A DNA stretch of 64,000 nt from Zootoca vivipara (taxonomy: Eukaryota), in contig NC_083289.1 in assembly GCF_963506605.1 (NCBI RefSeq), positions 10,974,001 through 11,038,000 on the forward strand, in the 5' to 3' direction. How positions within the stretch are numbered: the first letter of the stretch is position 1; each line of letters opens with the position of its first letter. The position numbers and the translations under genes are program-made. This document shows positions 63,930-64,000 of the stretch, piece by piece. The notes under the pieces were generated by a model. The model worked only from the letters and a program-made list of their open reading frames with translations. It was not told the DNA's origin and made no database searches.

Positions 63930-64000
63930 CAAATGCTCTGTAATGGTGCAATTTCCAGACCATTGCACTTGGAGAAGAATTAGGACAGTGACCACAAATG

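Noticed and set aside
1-64000. CRISPR array or prokaryotic defence system
   Set aside because: Eukaryotic intron-exon DNA; no regularly spaced repeat-spacer array or operon-like ORFs.

Overview
Vertebrate (squamate, probably lacertid lizard, judged from the repeat content) genomic DNA with the MYO9A-SENP8-GRAMD2A gene order recalled from mammals. A CpG island (~24.4-26.0 kb) is read as a head-to-head promoter. The leftward gene (minus strand) is inferred to be MYO9A from synteny only: just a non-coding first exon and about 25 kb of intron 1 lie in the window. The rightward gene is SENP8 (NEDD8 protease; single coding exon 33499-34134). The 3' half of GRAMD2A lies on the minus strand as seven exons between 62733 and 49155, with consistent splice phases. 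The rest is dense with Sauria SINEs, tRNA-derived SINEs, CR1/L2/BovB LINE fragments, hAT and Tc1/mariner MITEs and Penelope-like fragments. The most notable observations are: (i) short TSD-flanked Penelope-like inserts carrying minimal hammerhead ribozyme motifs, two of them sense to the inferred MYO9A pre-mRNA; (ii) a decayed copy of only the first exon and leader of a CDC42BPB/MRCK kinase gene, embedded in an insert inside a CR1; (iii) long fold-back palindromes, one extending 26 bp past the transposon ends into flanking DNA; (iv) a Pack-TIR-like Tc1/mariner element with GC-rich cargo; (v) a spliced uORF ending 1 nt before the SENP8 start codon; (vi) a GRAMD2A last intron whose splicing or retention gives the same protein. 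All homology calls are from recall and manual reading, not database searches.
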